In this document: in pieces, positions 43,359 through 53,636 of the stretch
Layout: each line of letters begins with the position of its first letter
Numbering within the stretch: the first letter of the stretch is position 1
Assembly: GCA_016867115.1 (NCBI GenBank)
Contig: VGKG01000001.1
Location: 109,403 to 173,402, forward strand
DNA length: 64,000 nucleotides
Reading direction: 5' to 3'
Source: Candidatus Omnitrophota bacterium
GTDB lineage: Bacteria > Omnitrophota > Gorgyraeia > Gygaellales > Profunditerraquicolaceae
Program-made: the position numbers and the translations under genes
The notes under the pieces: generated by a model
What the model was told of the DNA's origin: nothing
The model's database searches: none
Seen by the model: the letters and a program-made list of their open reading frames with translations, nothing else

Positions 43359-45536
43359 TTACAACTTCCGTGCTATTTTCTCTATCTCGTAGGCTTCAAT
43401 GACATCGCCTTCCGCAAGCTGGTCAAATCCAGCTACTGCCATGCCGCATTCAAACCCCTCCTGAACCTCGCGCACATCGTCTTTAAAGCGTTTCAGGGAG
43501 GAGAGCTTGCCCTCAAAGACTTCCTGGCCGTTGCGCACGACGCTGACGTTCGCCGTCCGGTTAAACTTACCCTTACTGACGAAGCATCCCGCAACCGTGC
43601 CTGCCCTGGAGAGCTTAAAGACCTTACGCACCTCGGCGCGGCCAAGGAAGACCTTCTTAAGTTTTGGCTCAAGCATCCCTTCGATAGCCGCCCGGATCTC
43701 ATTGGCCAGCTCATAGATGATGTTATAACTCTTTATTTCAACGCCTTCTTTCTCCACCAGCAATTTTGCCGGCTCGTCGATTACGACATTAAACCCTAAG
43801 ATGAGGGCGTTTGAAGCCGATGCCAGGATCACGTCCGAAGAATTGATATTGCCGATCCCGGAATGGATGATCTCGATCTTGATCTCTGAGACCGGGAGCT
43901 TATCCAGGGTGTCCTTGATCGCCTCAAGCGAGCCCTGCACATCCGCTTTAATGATGAGTTTCAGCTCCTTGATCTTGCCTTCCTCTATCTGGGCGTGCAG
44001 GTCTTCAAGGCTGATCTTCTTGATCGCCTTTATCTGCTGCTGCCTCAGGCCCTCTTCTCTGGAGGCGGCCAGGGCCCTGGCCTGCTTTTCGTCGGAGACC
44101 ACAAAGAACGGTTCGCCTGCCTCAGGGACACCGGAGATGCCCAGTACCTCCACCGGCACCCCGGGAGTCGCAGCAGTCACGGAATGCCCCCGGTCATCGA
44201 ACATCGCCCGGATCTTTCCGTAAAGCGAGCCCACGATGATATTTTCATTAAGACGCAAAGTGCCGTTCTGGACTAAAAGGGTGGCTACCGGGCCCTTGCC
44301 CTTGGCCATCTTGGCCTCGATGACTACGCCCTTTGCCTCCCGGTTGGGATTTGCCTTTAATTCCAGCATCTGCGCCTCAAGGAGCATCATCTCAAGCAGA
44401 TTGTCGATACCCTGCCCGGTCTTTGCCGATACTCCGACGGTGATCGTCTTTCCTCCCCAGTCTTCGGGGTTAAGCCCGTATTCGGCAAGCTGCTTTTTCA
44501 CCCGGTCAGGGCTTGCGCCCGGTTTATCCATCTTATTTATGGCTACCACTATCGGCACACCCGCTGCCTTGGCGTGGTCAATAGCTTCTATAGTCTGGGG
44601 CATGATCCCGTCATCCGCAGCCACCACCAGCACCACGACGTCAGTGACGCTGGCGCCGCGGCTGCGCATGGCAGTAAAGGCTTCGTGGCCCGGGGTATCC
44701 AAAAAGGTGATCTCACCATGAGCAAGACGCACGCGGTAGGCCCCAATATGCTGGGTAATGCCGCCGAACTCTGCCTCCGCGACCTTGGTCTTTCTGATCG
44801 CATCCAAGAGAGAGGTCTTACCGTGGTCAACATGGCCCATAATGGTCACGATGGGAGCGCGCGGTTTCAGGTCTTTGGGGTTATCCGGAGCCTGATGCAT
44901 CTCTAAAGCCGCCTCTTCCCGGGTGGGCGCCTGCTTGATCTTAAAGCGGTATTTCTGGCTTAACTTATTTACTGTCGATTCATCCAGCGGCTGATTTATC
45001 CCGACCATGATCCCCAGATCCATCAGGGACTTGATGATCAAAGACGGCTTCTCCTGCAGTTTTATTGACAGGTCTTTGACATTGACCGGAAGCTCAAGCT
45101 CGATTTCTTTCAGCTCAACCGGTTTTATTTCTGCCGGTTTAGGGAGAACCGCCGGCTCTGCTGCTTTCGGCGCTTCTGCTTTTGGGGCCGGAGGTTTAGG
45201 CGGGACGATCTTAGGCGCTACTTTCACTTCGGCGGCTTTCGGCGCTGCCGGCTTCTCGGTAACCTTTACTTCGGGCTTTGGCGCTACAACTTCAGGTTTC
45301 AGCGCGACGGCAACGGCCTTCGGTTTTTCCTCGGCAACGGGAGCAACCGCAGCTTTTTCCTTCTTTGGCGCCGGCTTTAACTTAACCGGAGCCGGACTTT
45401 TTTCCCTGGCCGCAGGTTTTGCTTTAGGTTTTGCCGCCGCTTTCGGCGCAGGCTTAAGCTTGGCCGCCTTGACAGCCGCCTTTTTTACCGTCGGAGTTTT
45501 TTCTTTCTTTTTGGATTCCTTTTTTGTCTTTACCAT
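43359..45536 (-). CDS. infB: translation initiation factor IF-2
   Basis: [20 protein letters not shown] and SLKRFKDDV; N-terminus is rich in K, A and P. Confidence 0.97.
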   Translation of the reverse strand: MVKTKKESKKKEKTPTVKKAAVKAAKLKPAPKAAAKPKAKPAAREKSPAPVKLKPAPKKEKAAVAPVAEEKPKAVAVALKPEVVAPKPEVKVTEKPAAPKAAEVKVAPKIVPPKPPAPKAEAPKAAEPAVLPKPAEIKPVELKEIELELPVNVKDLSIKLQEKPSLIIKSLMDLGIMVGINQPLDESTVNKLSQKYRFKIKQAPTREEAALEMHQAPDNPKDLKPRAPIVTIMGHVDHGKTSLLDAIRKTKVAEAEFGGITQHIGAYRVRLAHGEITFLDTPGHEAFTAMRSRGASVTDVVVLVVAADDGIMPQTIEAIDHAKAAGVPIVVAINKMDKPGASPDRVKKQLAEYGLNPEDWGGKTITVGVSAKTGQGIDNLLEMMLLEAQMLELKANPNREAKGVVIEAKMAKGKGPVATLLVQNGTLRLNENIIVGSLYGKIRAMFDDRGHSVTAATPGVPVEVLGISGVPEAGEPFFVVSDEKQARALAASREEGLRQQQIKAIKKISLEDLHAQIEEGKIKELKLIIKADVQGSLEAIKDTLDKLPVSEIKIEIIHSGIGNINSSDVILASASNALILGFNVVIDEPAKLLVEKEGVEIKSYNIIYELANEIRAAIEGMLEPKLKKVFLGRAEVRKVFKLSRAGTVAGCFVSKGKFNRTANVSVVRNGQEVFEGKLSSLKRFKDDVREVQEGFECGMAVAGFDQLAEGDVIEAYEIEKIARKL

Positions 45537-45550
45537 AAAGATCCTTTTAA

Positions 45551-46822
45551 TTATCCTTTCAGTTCCCTTGCCTCTTCAATTAATTTCTCCGCCTTCTTGG
45601 CGCCGATACCCTTTACCTGGGTCAGGTCTTCGGGTTTTGCCGCAATAATATCATCCAGGGTCTTGAAACCGGCTTCTTTAAGGGCGGCTTGAGTCTTCTC
45701 TCCCACACCGGGAAGATCCTCTAAACCTGCCTGGGCTTTCGCCTTTTCTTTTGCTTTTTCTTTTGTTTTTGTTTTTTTACGGCCCCGCTTTGCGGCAATA
45801 ACCTCTTCGCCGGAGGCAACCTCTTCAACGGGGGCCTCCTCTTTTTTCGCCTCAGCTTCGGCTTTGGCCGCTTCCGCTTCCAGTGCGGTCTTGGTGCGGA
45901 TATCCAGTTCCCAGCCGATCAGGCGCGAAGCCAGCCGCACATTCTGGCCGTGTTTACCGATAGCCAGAGAAAGCTGATCATCCGCCACGATCACTACCGC
46001 CTTCTGATGCTCCTTATCCAGGCGGATCTCGGATACTTCAGCCGGCGAAAGGGCAGCCTTGATGTACTCCCGAATATCTTCATTATAGCGCACTATGTCT
46101 ATTTTTTCACCCTGTAATTCATTGACGATATTGCGCACACGGTTGCCGCGCATGCCGACACAGGCGCCTACCGAATCCACCTTTTCATTCTTTGACCAGA
46201 CCGCGATCTTGGTGCGTTCGCCCGGCTGGCGCGAGATGGATTTTACCTCTACTATGCCTTCGTATATTTCAGGGACCTCCAGCTCAAAAAGCTTCTTTAC
46301 GAAATTAGGGTGCGTGCGCGAAAGGATGATCTGGGCACCCCTGAGCTCCCTCTTTACCTCCGCGACATAGGCGCGGATGCGCTGGCCCTGTTTGAACTCC
46401 TCTTTCGGGCTCTGCTCGCGCCTAAGCAGCATGCCTTCGGCCTTGCCCAGAAGGTCAACGATGATATTGCCTTTTTCAAAGCGATAGACTGTTCCGCTGA
46501 CGATCTCGCCGACCTTCCCCTGAAACTCTCCAAAGACCACGTCTTTTTCCGCCTCGCGCAGTTTCTGGATGATCACCTGGCGCGCGGTCGAGGCGGCAAT
46601 GCGGCCGAAATCCAGGGAAGTAATCTCCTTCTCGTCGCGGAAAGCGCGGATCTTACCGGTCTCGGGGTTAAGCTCGATCCTTAACTGCTCCTCCGGTTTG
46701 ATATCGATGATCTTTTTGACCGCGCTTAAAAGCGCGCTCTCTATCGCCTCGATGAGGACTTCCCTCTTTATTCCTTTTTCTCTTTCGATCTGTTCAATGA
46801 TCGACAGCAGTTCCTGACTCAT
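45551..46822 (-). CDS. nusA: transcription factor NusA with C-terminal HhH domain
   Basis: FGRIAA, S1/KH domains, ACVGMRG and AIGKHGQNVRLA. Confidence 0.96.
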   Translation of the reverse strand: MSQELLSIIEQIEREKGIKREVLIEAIESALLSAVKKIIDIKPEEQLRIELNPETGKIRAFRDEKEITSLDFGRIAASTARQVIIQKLREAEKDVVFGEFQGKVGEIVSGTVYRFEKGNIIVDLLGKAEGMLLRREQSPKEEFKQGQRIRAYVAEVKRELRGAQIILSRTHPNFVKKLFELEVPEIYEGIVEVKSISRQPGERTKIAVWSKNEKVDSVGACVGMRGNRVRNIVNELQGEKIDIVRYNEDIREYIKAALSPAEVSEIRLDKEHQKAVVIVADDQLSLAIGKHGQNVRLASRLIGWELDIRTKTALEAEAAKAEAEAKKEEAPVEEVASGEEVIAAKRGRKKTKTKEKAKEKAKAQAGLEDLPGVGEKTQAALKEAGFKTLDDIIAAKPEDLTQVKGIGAKKAEKLIEEARELKG

Positions 46823-46850
46823 TTTTCACTCCTGGTAAAGTGTTATGTTT

Positions 46851-46927
46851 GATTACGCAGATTTATTTAGATTACACAGATTAGAATTTTTAATCTGTGT
46901 AATCTACGCTTTTTAATCTGTGTAATC
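46851..46927. repeat. nested inverted repeat, GATTAC(A/G)CAGATT x2 / AATCTGTGTAATC x2
   Basis: Perfect 14-bp inner IR at 46870-46883 and 46891-46904, plus outer copies. Confidence 0.9.
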
Positions 46928-46950
46928 ATCAATATAGTTTTTATGGGTTA

Positions 46951-47409
46951 TTAGATTAACTGTTTTGCCCGGTTGATCTTTGAAAAAGGCACTTCCAGGC
47001 TCTCTCCGTCAGTCTCAATAGTGACTGCCGTATCCGTAACGCCGGTGATCGTGCCCTCGGACTCCCAGACGCCGTTGATCGGCTCTTTTAAAAAAATCTT
47101 CACGTTCCTGTAGATGCAGCGCGAAAAATCGTTCCTGGTCAAAAGCGGCCGGTCAATACCGGGGCTTGAGACCTCAAGGATATACTTCTCCTGCAGGATA
47201 CCCTTTTCATCCAGCATCAGGCTGATCGCCTCATTCAGAAGCGCGCACTCTTCCAGGGTTATCCCGCCTTCGGGTTTGTCCGCCAGTATCCTCAAGACCA
47301 GGCTGTTTCCCTCGTGGCGAAAGGTCAGGTTCACTAACTCTATATTTTTATCCTTCAGGTATTCTTCGATAGCGATTTTTAGTTCTTCTCTTTTTCTTTC
47401 CCTGTCCAT
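46951..47409 (-). CDS. rimP: ribosome maturation factor RimP
   Basis: GITLEEC and YILEVSSPGIDRPL; lies upstream of nusA. Confidence 0.93.
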   Translation of the reverse strand: MDRERKREELKIAIEEYLKDKNIELVNLTFRHEGNSLVLRILADKPEGGITLEECALLNEAISLMLDEKGILQEKYILEVSSPGIDRPLLTRNDFSRCIYRNVKIFLKEPINGVWESEGTITGVTDTAVTIETDGESLEVPFSKINRAKQLI

Positions 47410-47429
47410 ACATCTCTCCTGGTATAATG

Positions 47430-47461
47430 TTCAGGTATAATTGTAATGCATTATACCTGAA
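47430..47461. repeat. 12-bp perfect inverted repeat between proS and rimP
   Basis: ttcaggtataat-8 nt-attatacctgaa. Confidence 0.75.
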
Positions 47462-47483
47462 TACGATCTTTATAGGATGTCTA

Positions 47484-48776
47484 TTAAACAAGCCGGGCTA
47501 TCTCATCCCGGATCTTCTCCTTGGGCCGGCTCAGTTTCTCCTGGGTCCGGCGTATCTTTAACTCGATACTGTCTCCCTTGATAGACTCCTTGCCGATGAT
47601 CACCTGCAAAGGTATACCCAGAAGGTCCGCGTCCTTGAATTTCACGCCTGCGCGTTCATCGCGGTCATCCAGAAGCACATCAACCCCGGCGTCTCTAAGC
47701 GTCTTGTATACCGAAAGCGCGGTCTCCATAATCTCTTTATTGGTCACATCCAGGGCAAGGATTACGGCTTTGTAAGGAGCGACCTCCTTCGGCCAGATGA
47801 TCCCGTCTTTGTCAAAATTCTGCTCGATCACCGAAGAGATGAGCCGGGAGACCCCGATACCGTAGCAACCCATGATCACCTGTTTTGACTGGCCCTGCGC
47901 ATCCAGGAAATTCGCTCCGAGGCTTGCGCTGTATTTCGTGCCTAACTTGAACACGTGGCCGACCTCAATGCAGTTCACCTTATCCATAGACGAAGAACAC
48001 TTCGGACAATCCTGCTGGTCCCTCTTTTCTTGCGGCTTTTCACAGATCTTTGACTCGACTACCGCTGCCGGAGGAGTATAAGCCTTGGCATATGCGCACT
48101 TGGGGCAGACTAAAACCGTATCTTCACCGTCAGCTGCCGGGACCATAAACTCATGGGAGACCTTTCCTCCCATCACCCCGGAGTCTGCTTCGGTAGTCAC
48201 GATTTTAAGGCCGAGGCGCCTGAAGATGCGCTGATAAGCCTCGTACATCGCCTTATAGTTCCGGTCAAGGCCCTCCTCGTCCCGGTCAAAACTGTAGGCG
48301 TCCTTCATGATGAACTCGCAGGCGCGGATCAGGCCGAAGCGCGGCCTGATCTCGTCGCGGAACTTAGTCTGGATCTGATAAAGGATGACCGGCAATTGCT
48401 TGTAACTTGAGATATGGTTCCTGACTAGGTCCGTGATCACCTCTTCATGAGTGGGGCCAAGACACACTTTGCGCCCGCGGCGGTCGATGAATCTAAACAT
48501 CACTTCGCCGATATCCTTATCGCGGCCTGTCCTCTGCCAGAGCTCAAGCGGCTGAAGCGCAGGAAGCAGGAGTTCTGCCGCAGAGCAGGAATCTAACTCC
48601 TGGCGGATAATATCCTGAATATTATTCAATACGCGGAATCCCAACGGCAGATACGAATAAGCTCCGGCCATAAGCATGCGGATAAATCCCGCGCGTAAGA
48701 GCAGCTGATGCCCGACGGATTCGGCTTCCTGAGGAGTTTCTCTAAGTGTAGGGATAAAGGTCTTTGACCAAAGCAT
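47484..48776 (-). CDS. proS: proline--tRNA ligase (short form, no INS editing domain)
   Basis: LGPTHEE, FRDEIRPRFG, EVGHVFKLG and MGCYGIGVSR; 430 aa. Confidence 0.95.
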   Translation of the reverse strand: MLWSKTFIPTLRETPQEAESVGHQLLLRAGFIRMLMAGAYSYLPLGFRVLNNIQDIIRQELDSCSAAELLLPALQPLELWQRTGRDKDIGEVMFRFIDRRGRKVCLGPTHEEVITDLVRNHISSYKQLPVILYQIQTKFRDEIRPRFGLIRACEFIMKDAYSFDRDEEGLDRNYKAMYEAYQRIFRRLGLKIVTTEADSGVMGGKVSHEFMVPAADGEDTVLVCPKCAYAKAYTPPAAVVESKICEKPQEKRDQQDCPKCSSSMDKVNCIEVGHVFKLGTKYSASLGANFLDAQGQSKQVIMGCYGIGVSRLISSVIEQNFDKDGIIWPKEVAPYKAVILALDVTNKEIMETALSVYKTLRDAGVDVLLDDRDERAGVKFKDADLLGIPLQVIIGKESIKGDSIELKIRRTQEKLSRPKEKIRDEIARLV

Positions 48777-48778
48777 TT

Positions 48779-49861
48779 CTATTCCTCTAGTTCTGATAAA
48801 AGGTTATCTACGCACTTACTGAAAGAAACCTTCTTTGCAGCCTTGCCTTTTTTAAATAAGAGACCTTCTTTTTTACCGAAGGCAATCCCCGCGTCTGCCT
48901 CCCGGGCTTCACCGGGGCCGTTCACAACGCAGCCCATTAACGCCACTTTCAGTGGCCGCGCACCGTTAACCGTGTACCGCTTACCGTCCAATGCAATTTT
49001 ATTTTCTAATTCCTTAACAGCCCTTACCAGGTCCACTTCGCACCGGCCGCAGGTAGGGCAGCTGACGATCTGCGGGCCGAAGGAGCGTAATTCCAGGGCC
49101 TCAAGGACCGCCCTCGCCGCCTTTACCTCTTCAGCCGGCTTGTCAGTAAGCGAGATGCGGATCGTATCGCCTATGCCCTCAAGCAGAAGTGCGCCGATAG
49201 CAATGCCCGATTTTATCGCTCCCTGAAAAGGAAGCCCCGTCGCAGTCACGCCCAGATGCAGGGGATAATCGCAGATTTTAGAGAACTTACGGTAGGCCTC
49301 TAATGTATCCAGGACATTATTCGCCTTTAAGGAGACCGCAATATCGTAAAACTTAAATCCTTCGAGGATCTTTATATAACCCAGCGCGCTCTCTACCAGG
49401 ATATCCGCAAAACTCTCGTGACGTTGTGACGCTGTGGCCTGGTGGCCCTTTACAGAACCGGAATTCACTCCCACCCTTATCGGAATCCTGTTCTGCTTTG
49501 CGGCAGCAGCTATTTCGCGGATCTCATTTTTCTTAAAAATATTCCCGGGGTTCAGCCGGATCTTGTCCGCTCCCGAATCGATTGCCGCCATCGCCAGGCG
49601 CCAGGAGAAATGTATGTCTGCGACAAGAGGCAGCCTAGTTTTGCGCCTGAGCGCTTTTATGGTGCGGGCATCTGACTCATCCTTTACTGCCAGGCGCACG
49701 ATCTCGCATCCTGCGCGGTCAAGTTCTTCAATCTGCTTTAATGTGGCTCTGACATCGGAGGTCTTGGTCTTGACCATGGACTGGATCGCAACCGGATAAT
49801 TCCCTCCGATAGCGACACCGCCGATTTTGATAATTTTCGTTTTACGTCTTATGATCTTCAT
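48779..49861 (-). CDS. ispG: 4-hydroxy-3-methylbut-2-en-1-yl diphosphate synthase
   Basis: ADIHF, RLNPGN, GDTIRISL, SCPTCGR and MGCVVNGPGE. Confidence 0.96.
   Translation of the reverse strand: MKIIRRKTKIIKIGGVAIGGNYPVAIQSMVKTKTSDVRATLKQIEELDRAGCEIVRLAVKDESDARTIKALRRKTRLPLVADIHFSWRLAMAAIDSGADKIRLNPGNIFKKNEIREIAAAAKQNRIPIRVGVNSGSVKGHQATASQRHESFADILVESALGYIKILEGFKFYDIAVSLKANNVLDTLEAYRKFSKICDYPLHLGVTATGLPFQGAIKSGIAIGALLLEGIGDTIRISLTDKPAEEVKAARAVLEALELRSFGPQIVSCPTCGRCEVDLVRAVKELENKIALDGKRYTVNGARPLKVALMGCVVNGPGEAREADAGIAFGKKEGLLFKKGKAAKKVSFSKCVDNLLSELEE
48954..48988. repeat. in-frame heptamer array inside ispG
   Basis: ggccgcg caccgtt aaccgtg taccgct taccgtc. Confidence 0.7.
49415..49446. repeat. 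in-frame octamer array inside ispG (NNNGTGAC family)
   Basis: ctcgtgac gttgtgac gctgtggc ctggtggc. Confidence 0.75.
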
Positions 49862-49864
49862 CTC

Positions 49865-50962
49865 TCATCTAAAAAGTTTACTTATCTTATCACCGAAAAG
49901 CCGCATGATGTCGTTATAGCTGATAAATACGGCCAAAAATATGATCAGCGAAACTCCGATCCGGGTGATCAGGCGTTCTGCCGTGACACCCAGGGCCTTG
50001 CCGCGCAGTTTCTCTAAACCTAAAAACAGGATATGGCCGCCGTCAAGTATCGGCAGCGGCAGAAGGTTGAATATGGCGAGGCTCAAGGATAATACCGCCA
50101 CAAGGTGCAGGACTGCGGATACCCCGCGCCTGGCTGCCTTTGAGGTGATATCGTAAATACCTAACGGCCCGGTCATGGACTCGCGGATGGATAACTTTCC
50201 GGTGATCATACCCCAGAGGCCTTTATAAGTCAGGATAGTCAGGTCCCAGGTCCTTTTTGCGCCTAAGGCGATCGATTCCAGGGGGCCGTGGCGTACGATC
50301 ACAACTTCATCGGCGGGCACGATCCCGATCAGCCCGATACTATGCTTTTTCCCCAAATGATCCTGCACCTCTTTCTGCCTGACCATTACCTCCCGTTTGA
50401 ACTCTTCCCGGCCGCGGCTGACTAAAAGCTCCACCGTCTCGGCTTCTTTTTTATCCTGCACGAACTTCTGCAGGTCTTCGAAGAAACGGACCTCTTTGCC
50501 GTCTACGGCGAGGATTTTATCCCCGGGTTCAAGGCCTGCGGCTTTGGCGCCGTAATCGTCAAGAAGGGCGCCTATCTTGGTGGTAAGCACGGGAAGCCCA
50601 GTGAAAAAAATGGCCCAGAAGACCAGAAACGCCAGGATATAATTAAGCACCGGGCCGGAAAAGATGATCCAAAACCTTTTTCCCGGGCTCTGCGCCAGGT
50701 ATTCGTCCGGTTTGCCGACACACTCTTCAAGGCTGTCGCCGGCAAGTTTGACGAATCCGCCAAACGGTACGGCAGAAAGGCAATATTCGGTATCGCCCTT
50801 CCTCTTCTTGAAAAGAGGCCGGCCCAACCCCACCGAGAACTTTTCTACGCGCACCCCGGTCCTCTTAGCGGCGATGAAGTGGCCGAACTCATGCACGACG
50901 ATGAGGATGCCGAAGATAAAAAGAAAAATGGAAAAATGGTAAAGGTTCAACAGTATAGACAT
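49865..50962 (-). CDS. rseP: RIP metalloprotease RseP
   Basis: HEFGH, a PDZ domain and NLLPLPILDGG. Confidence 0.93.
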   Translation of the reverse strand: MSILLNLYHFSIFLFIFGILIVVHEFGHFIAAKRTGVRVEKFSVGLGRPLFKKRKGDTEYCLSAVPFGGFVKLAGDSLEECVGKPDEYLAQSPGKRFWIIFSGPVLNYILAFLVFWAIFFTGLPVLTTKIGALLDDYGAKAAGLEPGDKILAVDGKEVRFFEDLQKFVQDKKEAETVELLVSRGREEFKREVMVRQKEVQDHLGKKHSIGLIGIVPADEVVIVRHGPLESIALGAKRTWDLTILTYKGLWGMITGKLSIRESMTGPLGIYDITSKAARRGVSAVLHLVAVLSLSLAIFNLLPLPILDGGHILFLGLEKLRGKALGVTAERLITRIGVSLIIFLAVFISYNDIMRLFGDKISKLFR

Positions 50963-50963
50963 T

Positions 50964-52121
50964 TTATGGCCTCAACTCCCCGATTATCCTGCGGGCCTCT
51001 TCTCTTGCCCGAGCGTCCGCCTTAAAGACCTCCTCCAGGTCCGGATTGAAGCGGTTGCGGTGCGCGCTTAAGACTTTTTCGATCACTTGCGGTATCGCGC
51101 TGAATCCGAGCCTCCCCTTCAGGAACTCCCCAACGCTTACTTCGTTAGCCGCGTTCAGCGCCGCGGGCATGGTGCCGGAATCCCGGGCTGCCTGATAAGC
51201 CAGCCCCAGGCAGGGAAAACGCCCGAAGTCCGGAGCCTCAAAGTGCAATTTCTTAAGACGGTAGAAATCTATTCCGGGCAGGGAATTAGAAAGCCGCTCC
51301 GGATATGAAAGCGCGTACTGTATGGGTATGCGCATGTCCGTGGCGGAGAGCTGCGCCAGCACCACCCCGTCCACAAACTCGACCAGAGAATGCACCAGCG
51401 CCTCCGGATGTATCAGGACCTTTATCTTTTCATGGGGCACGCCGAAAAGGAACATCGCCTCAAGAAGCTCTAATCCCTTATTCATCAGGGTCGCGGAATC
51501 CACGCTGATCTTCCTACCCATCTTCCAGCGCGGATGCGCAAGCACCCGTTTTAGCGAAATCTTTTTCAGGTCCCTTCCGGATGCCCTTCTCAAGGGGCCG
51601 CCGGAAGCAGTCAGGTAAATGTTTTTGATCCGGCCGGTATCTCTGCCCTCCAGGCACTGCCAGATCGCGGATTGTTCGCTGTCCACCGGAATGATCCTGG
51701 CTTTATATTCGTTCGCCTTGCGCATGACCAGGGGGCCGGCTGAGACGATCGCTTCCTTATTCGCAAGAGCGACCTGCCTGCCGTTTTCAATAGCTTTTAT
51801 TAACGGCTTAAGCGCGGCAAAGCCGCTGATGGCCATGACCACTTCTTCTGCCTGAGGCAGCCCGGCGAGCTCCTCTAATCCTTCTTCGCCAAAGAGGAGC
51901 CGGATGCCCTCAGGCAGCTTACCCTTCAACTTCTCTGCGGCTTCGGGGTCTGCCACACAGACCCGTTCGGGCAGAAACTCCTTTGCCTGGCTTAACAATA
52001 AAGCGGTATTGGAGTTTGCACTCAGGGCCAGGACCCGGAACCGGTCCGGAAAGTGCCGGACCACCTCCAGCGCATTCTGGCCGATAGAGCCGGTAGAACC
52101 TAAAATAACGATCTTCTTCAC
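50964..52121 (-). CDS. dxr: 1-deoxy-D-xylulose-5-phosphate reductoisomerase
   Basis: LGSTGSIG, LANKE, PVDSE and DSATLMNKGLE. Confidence 0.96.
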   Translation of the reverse strand: MKKIVILGSTGSIGQNALEVVRHFPDRFRVLALSANSNTALLLSQAKEFLPERVCVADPEAAEKLKGKLPEGIRLLFGEEGLEELAGLPQAEEVVMAISGFAALKPLIKAIENGRQVALANKEAIVSAGPLVMRKANEYKARIIPVDSEQSAIWQCLEGRDTGRIKNIYLTASGGPLRRASGRDLKKISLKRVLAHPRWKMGRKISVDSATLMNKGLELLEAMFLFGVPHEKIKVLIHPEALVHSLVEFVDGVVLAQLSATDMRIPIQYALSYPERLSNSLPGIDFYRLKKLHFEAPDFGRFPCLGLAYQAARDSGTMPAALNAANEVSVGEFLKGRLGFSAIPQVIEKVLSAHRNRFNPDLEEVFKADARAREEARRIIGELRP

Positions 52122-52122
52122 G

Positions 52123-52923
52123 TCAGTAGGTTTTTATGACCGTGCTGATATAAAAATAAAATGCCGGGGCGTTAAATAAAAGGCTGTCGATCTCATCCAG
52201 TATCCCGCCCATACCGGGAAGTATCTTTCCTGAATCCTTCATTCCGCAGTCGCGTTTGATCAGCGACTCCGATAAATCCCCTAACTGGCCGAGCGCTCCG
52301 AAAGAGAGCCCGATCAGGAGAAGGTGCGGATATGAAAAGCTCAGGAGCGGCTGACAGGCGAATGCCGCAAGCACGCTGAAAAATAACCCGGCTAAAGAGC
52401 CTTCCACGGTTTTTTTCGGGCTGATGCGCGGGAATAACGGGTTTTTGCCGAAACGCGAACCCGCAAAGTATGCGCCGATATCCCCGAGTTTTGTGATCAA
52501 GAGGATGCTCGCCAGGTATCCGGTGCCGCCGGGCAGATAACGGATCTTGATCAGAAAGCTGAAAAACCAGGAGATATAGAGTATGCCAAAGAGCGTGGTT
52601 GAGATATCCACGATCACCCCGTCGTTCCTGCGGCGCTTGAACTGCATCAGGATGAGCGCTAAAAGCCCCAGGACTATGAAGAGCAGCTCCCAGCGCGGGG
52701 TGGAGGCAAAACGCAGCATGATCGACAGGGGGATGAGCGTGCCCAGGAGCGTGCCGAAATATTTATAAGTGCATATGCCCTTCTTCTCAAGCATCCCGAA
52801 GAACTCATAGAGGCCGACGATGATAAAGGCGGTGACTGCCAGGCCGCAGAGCCAGTCGACGAAGATCACCCCGAGGATGATCGCTATCAGCACGATGCCG
52901 CTAATTATTCTTTTGATGACCAT
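52123..52923 (-). CDS. cdsA: phosphatidate cytidylyltransferase
   Basis: ISPKKTVEG, GDLSESLIKR and KDSG..LPGMGGILD. Confidence 0.93.
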   Translation of the reverse strand: MVIKRIISGIVLIAIILGVIFVDWLCGLAVTAFIIVGLYEFFGMLEKKGICTYKYFGTLLGTLIPLSIMLRFASTPRWELLFIVLGLLALILMQFKRRRNDGVIVDISTTLFGILYISWFFSFLIKIRYLPGGTGYLASILLITKLGDIGAYFAGSRFGKNPLFPRISPKKTVEGSLAGLFFSVLAAFACQPLLSFSYPHLLLIGLSFGALGQLGDLSESLIKRDCGMKDSGKILPGMGGILDEIDSLLFNAPAFYFYISTVIKTY

Positions 52924-53635
52924 CGTTAATTTTGCCGAACCTACGGTCCCTCTTCTGGTATTCGGCGACCGCTTTTTTAAGATCGTCTTTCTTGAAATCC
53001 GGCCAGTACTTCTTCGGGAAATAAAGTTCCGCGTAAGAAAGCTGCCAGAGGAGGAAATTGCTCAGGCGCGATTCACCACTCGTGCGGATCAACAGGTCCG
53101 GATCCGGAAGGCCCGAAGTATAAAGGTACCTGCTGAAGGTATCCGTATCCAATCCGTCGATGCTGGCCTCGCCCGTGCCCAGGTCCCTGACAAAGGACTT
53201 TATGGCATCCACGATCTCCTGCTTGCTTCCGTAATTCAGGGCCAGGACCACGGTCAGGCCGGTGTTATTACGCGTTTTATCCTGCGCCTCTTTCAACTTC
53301 TTCTGCAAGTATCCGGGGATAGGGTCCTGCCTGCCGATGACCTTGAAACGGATATTGTCCTTATGCAGTTTTTCTATTTCGCGGCCAAGGAAAGTGTCCA
53401 GATAACGCAGGAGCATCTGCACTTCTGCTTTCGGCCGGCTCCAGTTCTCCGAAGAAAAAGCGAAAAAGGTCACCACACCCACGCCCAGCTCTCTGCAGGC
53501 GCTGACCGCCTCCCTTACCCGCTCTACCCCTTCGCGGTGTCCGGCAGTGCGCGGCAGCCCCCGCTCTTTTGCCCAGCGGCCGTTGCCGTCCATGATGATG
53601 GCGATGTGCTTAGGTATATTATTCTGGCCGGTCAT
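52901..53635 (-). CDS. uppS: undecaprenyl diphosphate synthase
   Basis: HIAIIMDGNGRWA, FSSENWSRP and RTSGESRLSNFLLWQ. Confidence 0.96.
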   Translation of the reverse strand: MTGQNNIPKHIAIIMDGNGRWAKERGLPRTAGHREGVERVREAVSACRELGVGVVTFFAFSSENWSRPKAEVQMLLRYLDTFLGREIEKLHKDNIRFKVIGRQDPIPGYLQKKLKEAQDKTRNNTGLTVVLALNYGSKQEIVDAIKSFVRDLGTGEASIDGLDTDTFSRYLYTSGLPDPDLLIRTSGESRLSNFLLWQLSYAELYFPKKYWPDFKKDDLKKAVAEYQKRDRRFGKINDGHQKNN

Positions 53636-53636
53636 T

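Noticed and set aside
45100-45536. K/A/P-rich repetitive stretch at the infB 5' end
   Set aside because: This is codon-periodic low complexity typical of IF-2 N-termini, not part of the 7/8-nt family.
45755-45780. T-rich tract in nusA as a frameshift or slippage site
   Set aside because: It encodes a Lys-rich linker and the reading frame is intact.
46851-46927. Possible mini-CRISPR array
   Set aside because: The repeats are 13-14 nt and inverted, the spacers are under 10 nt, and there are no cas genes.
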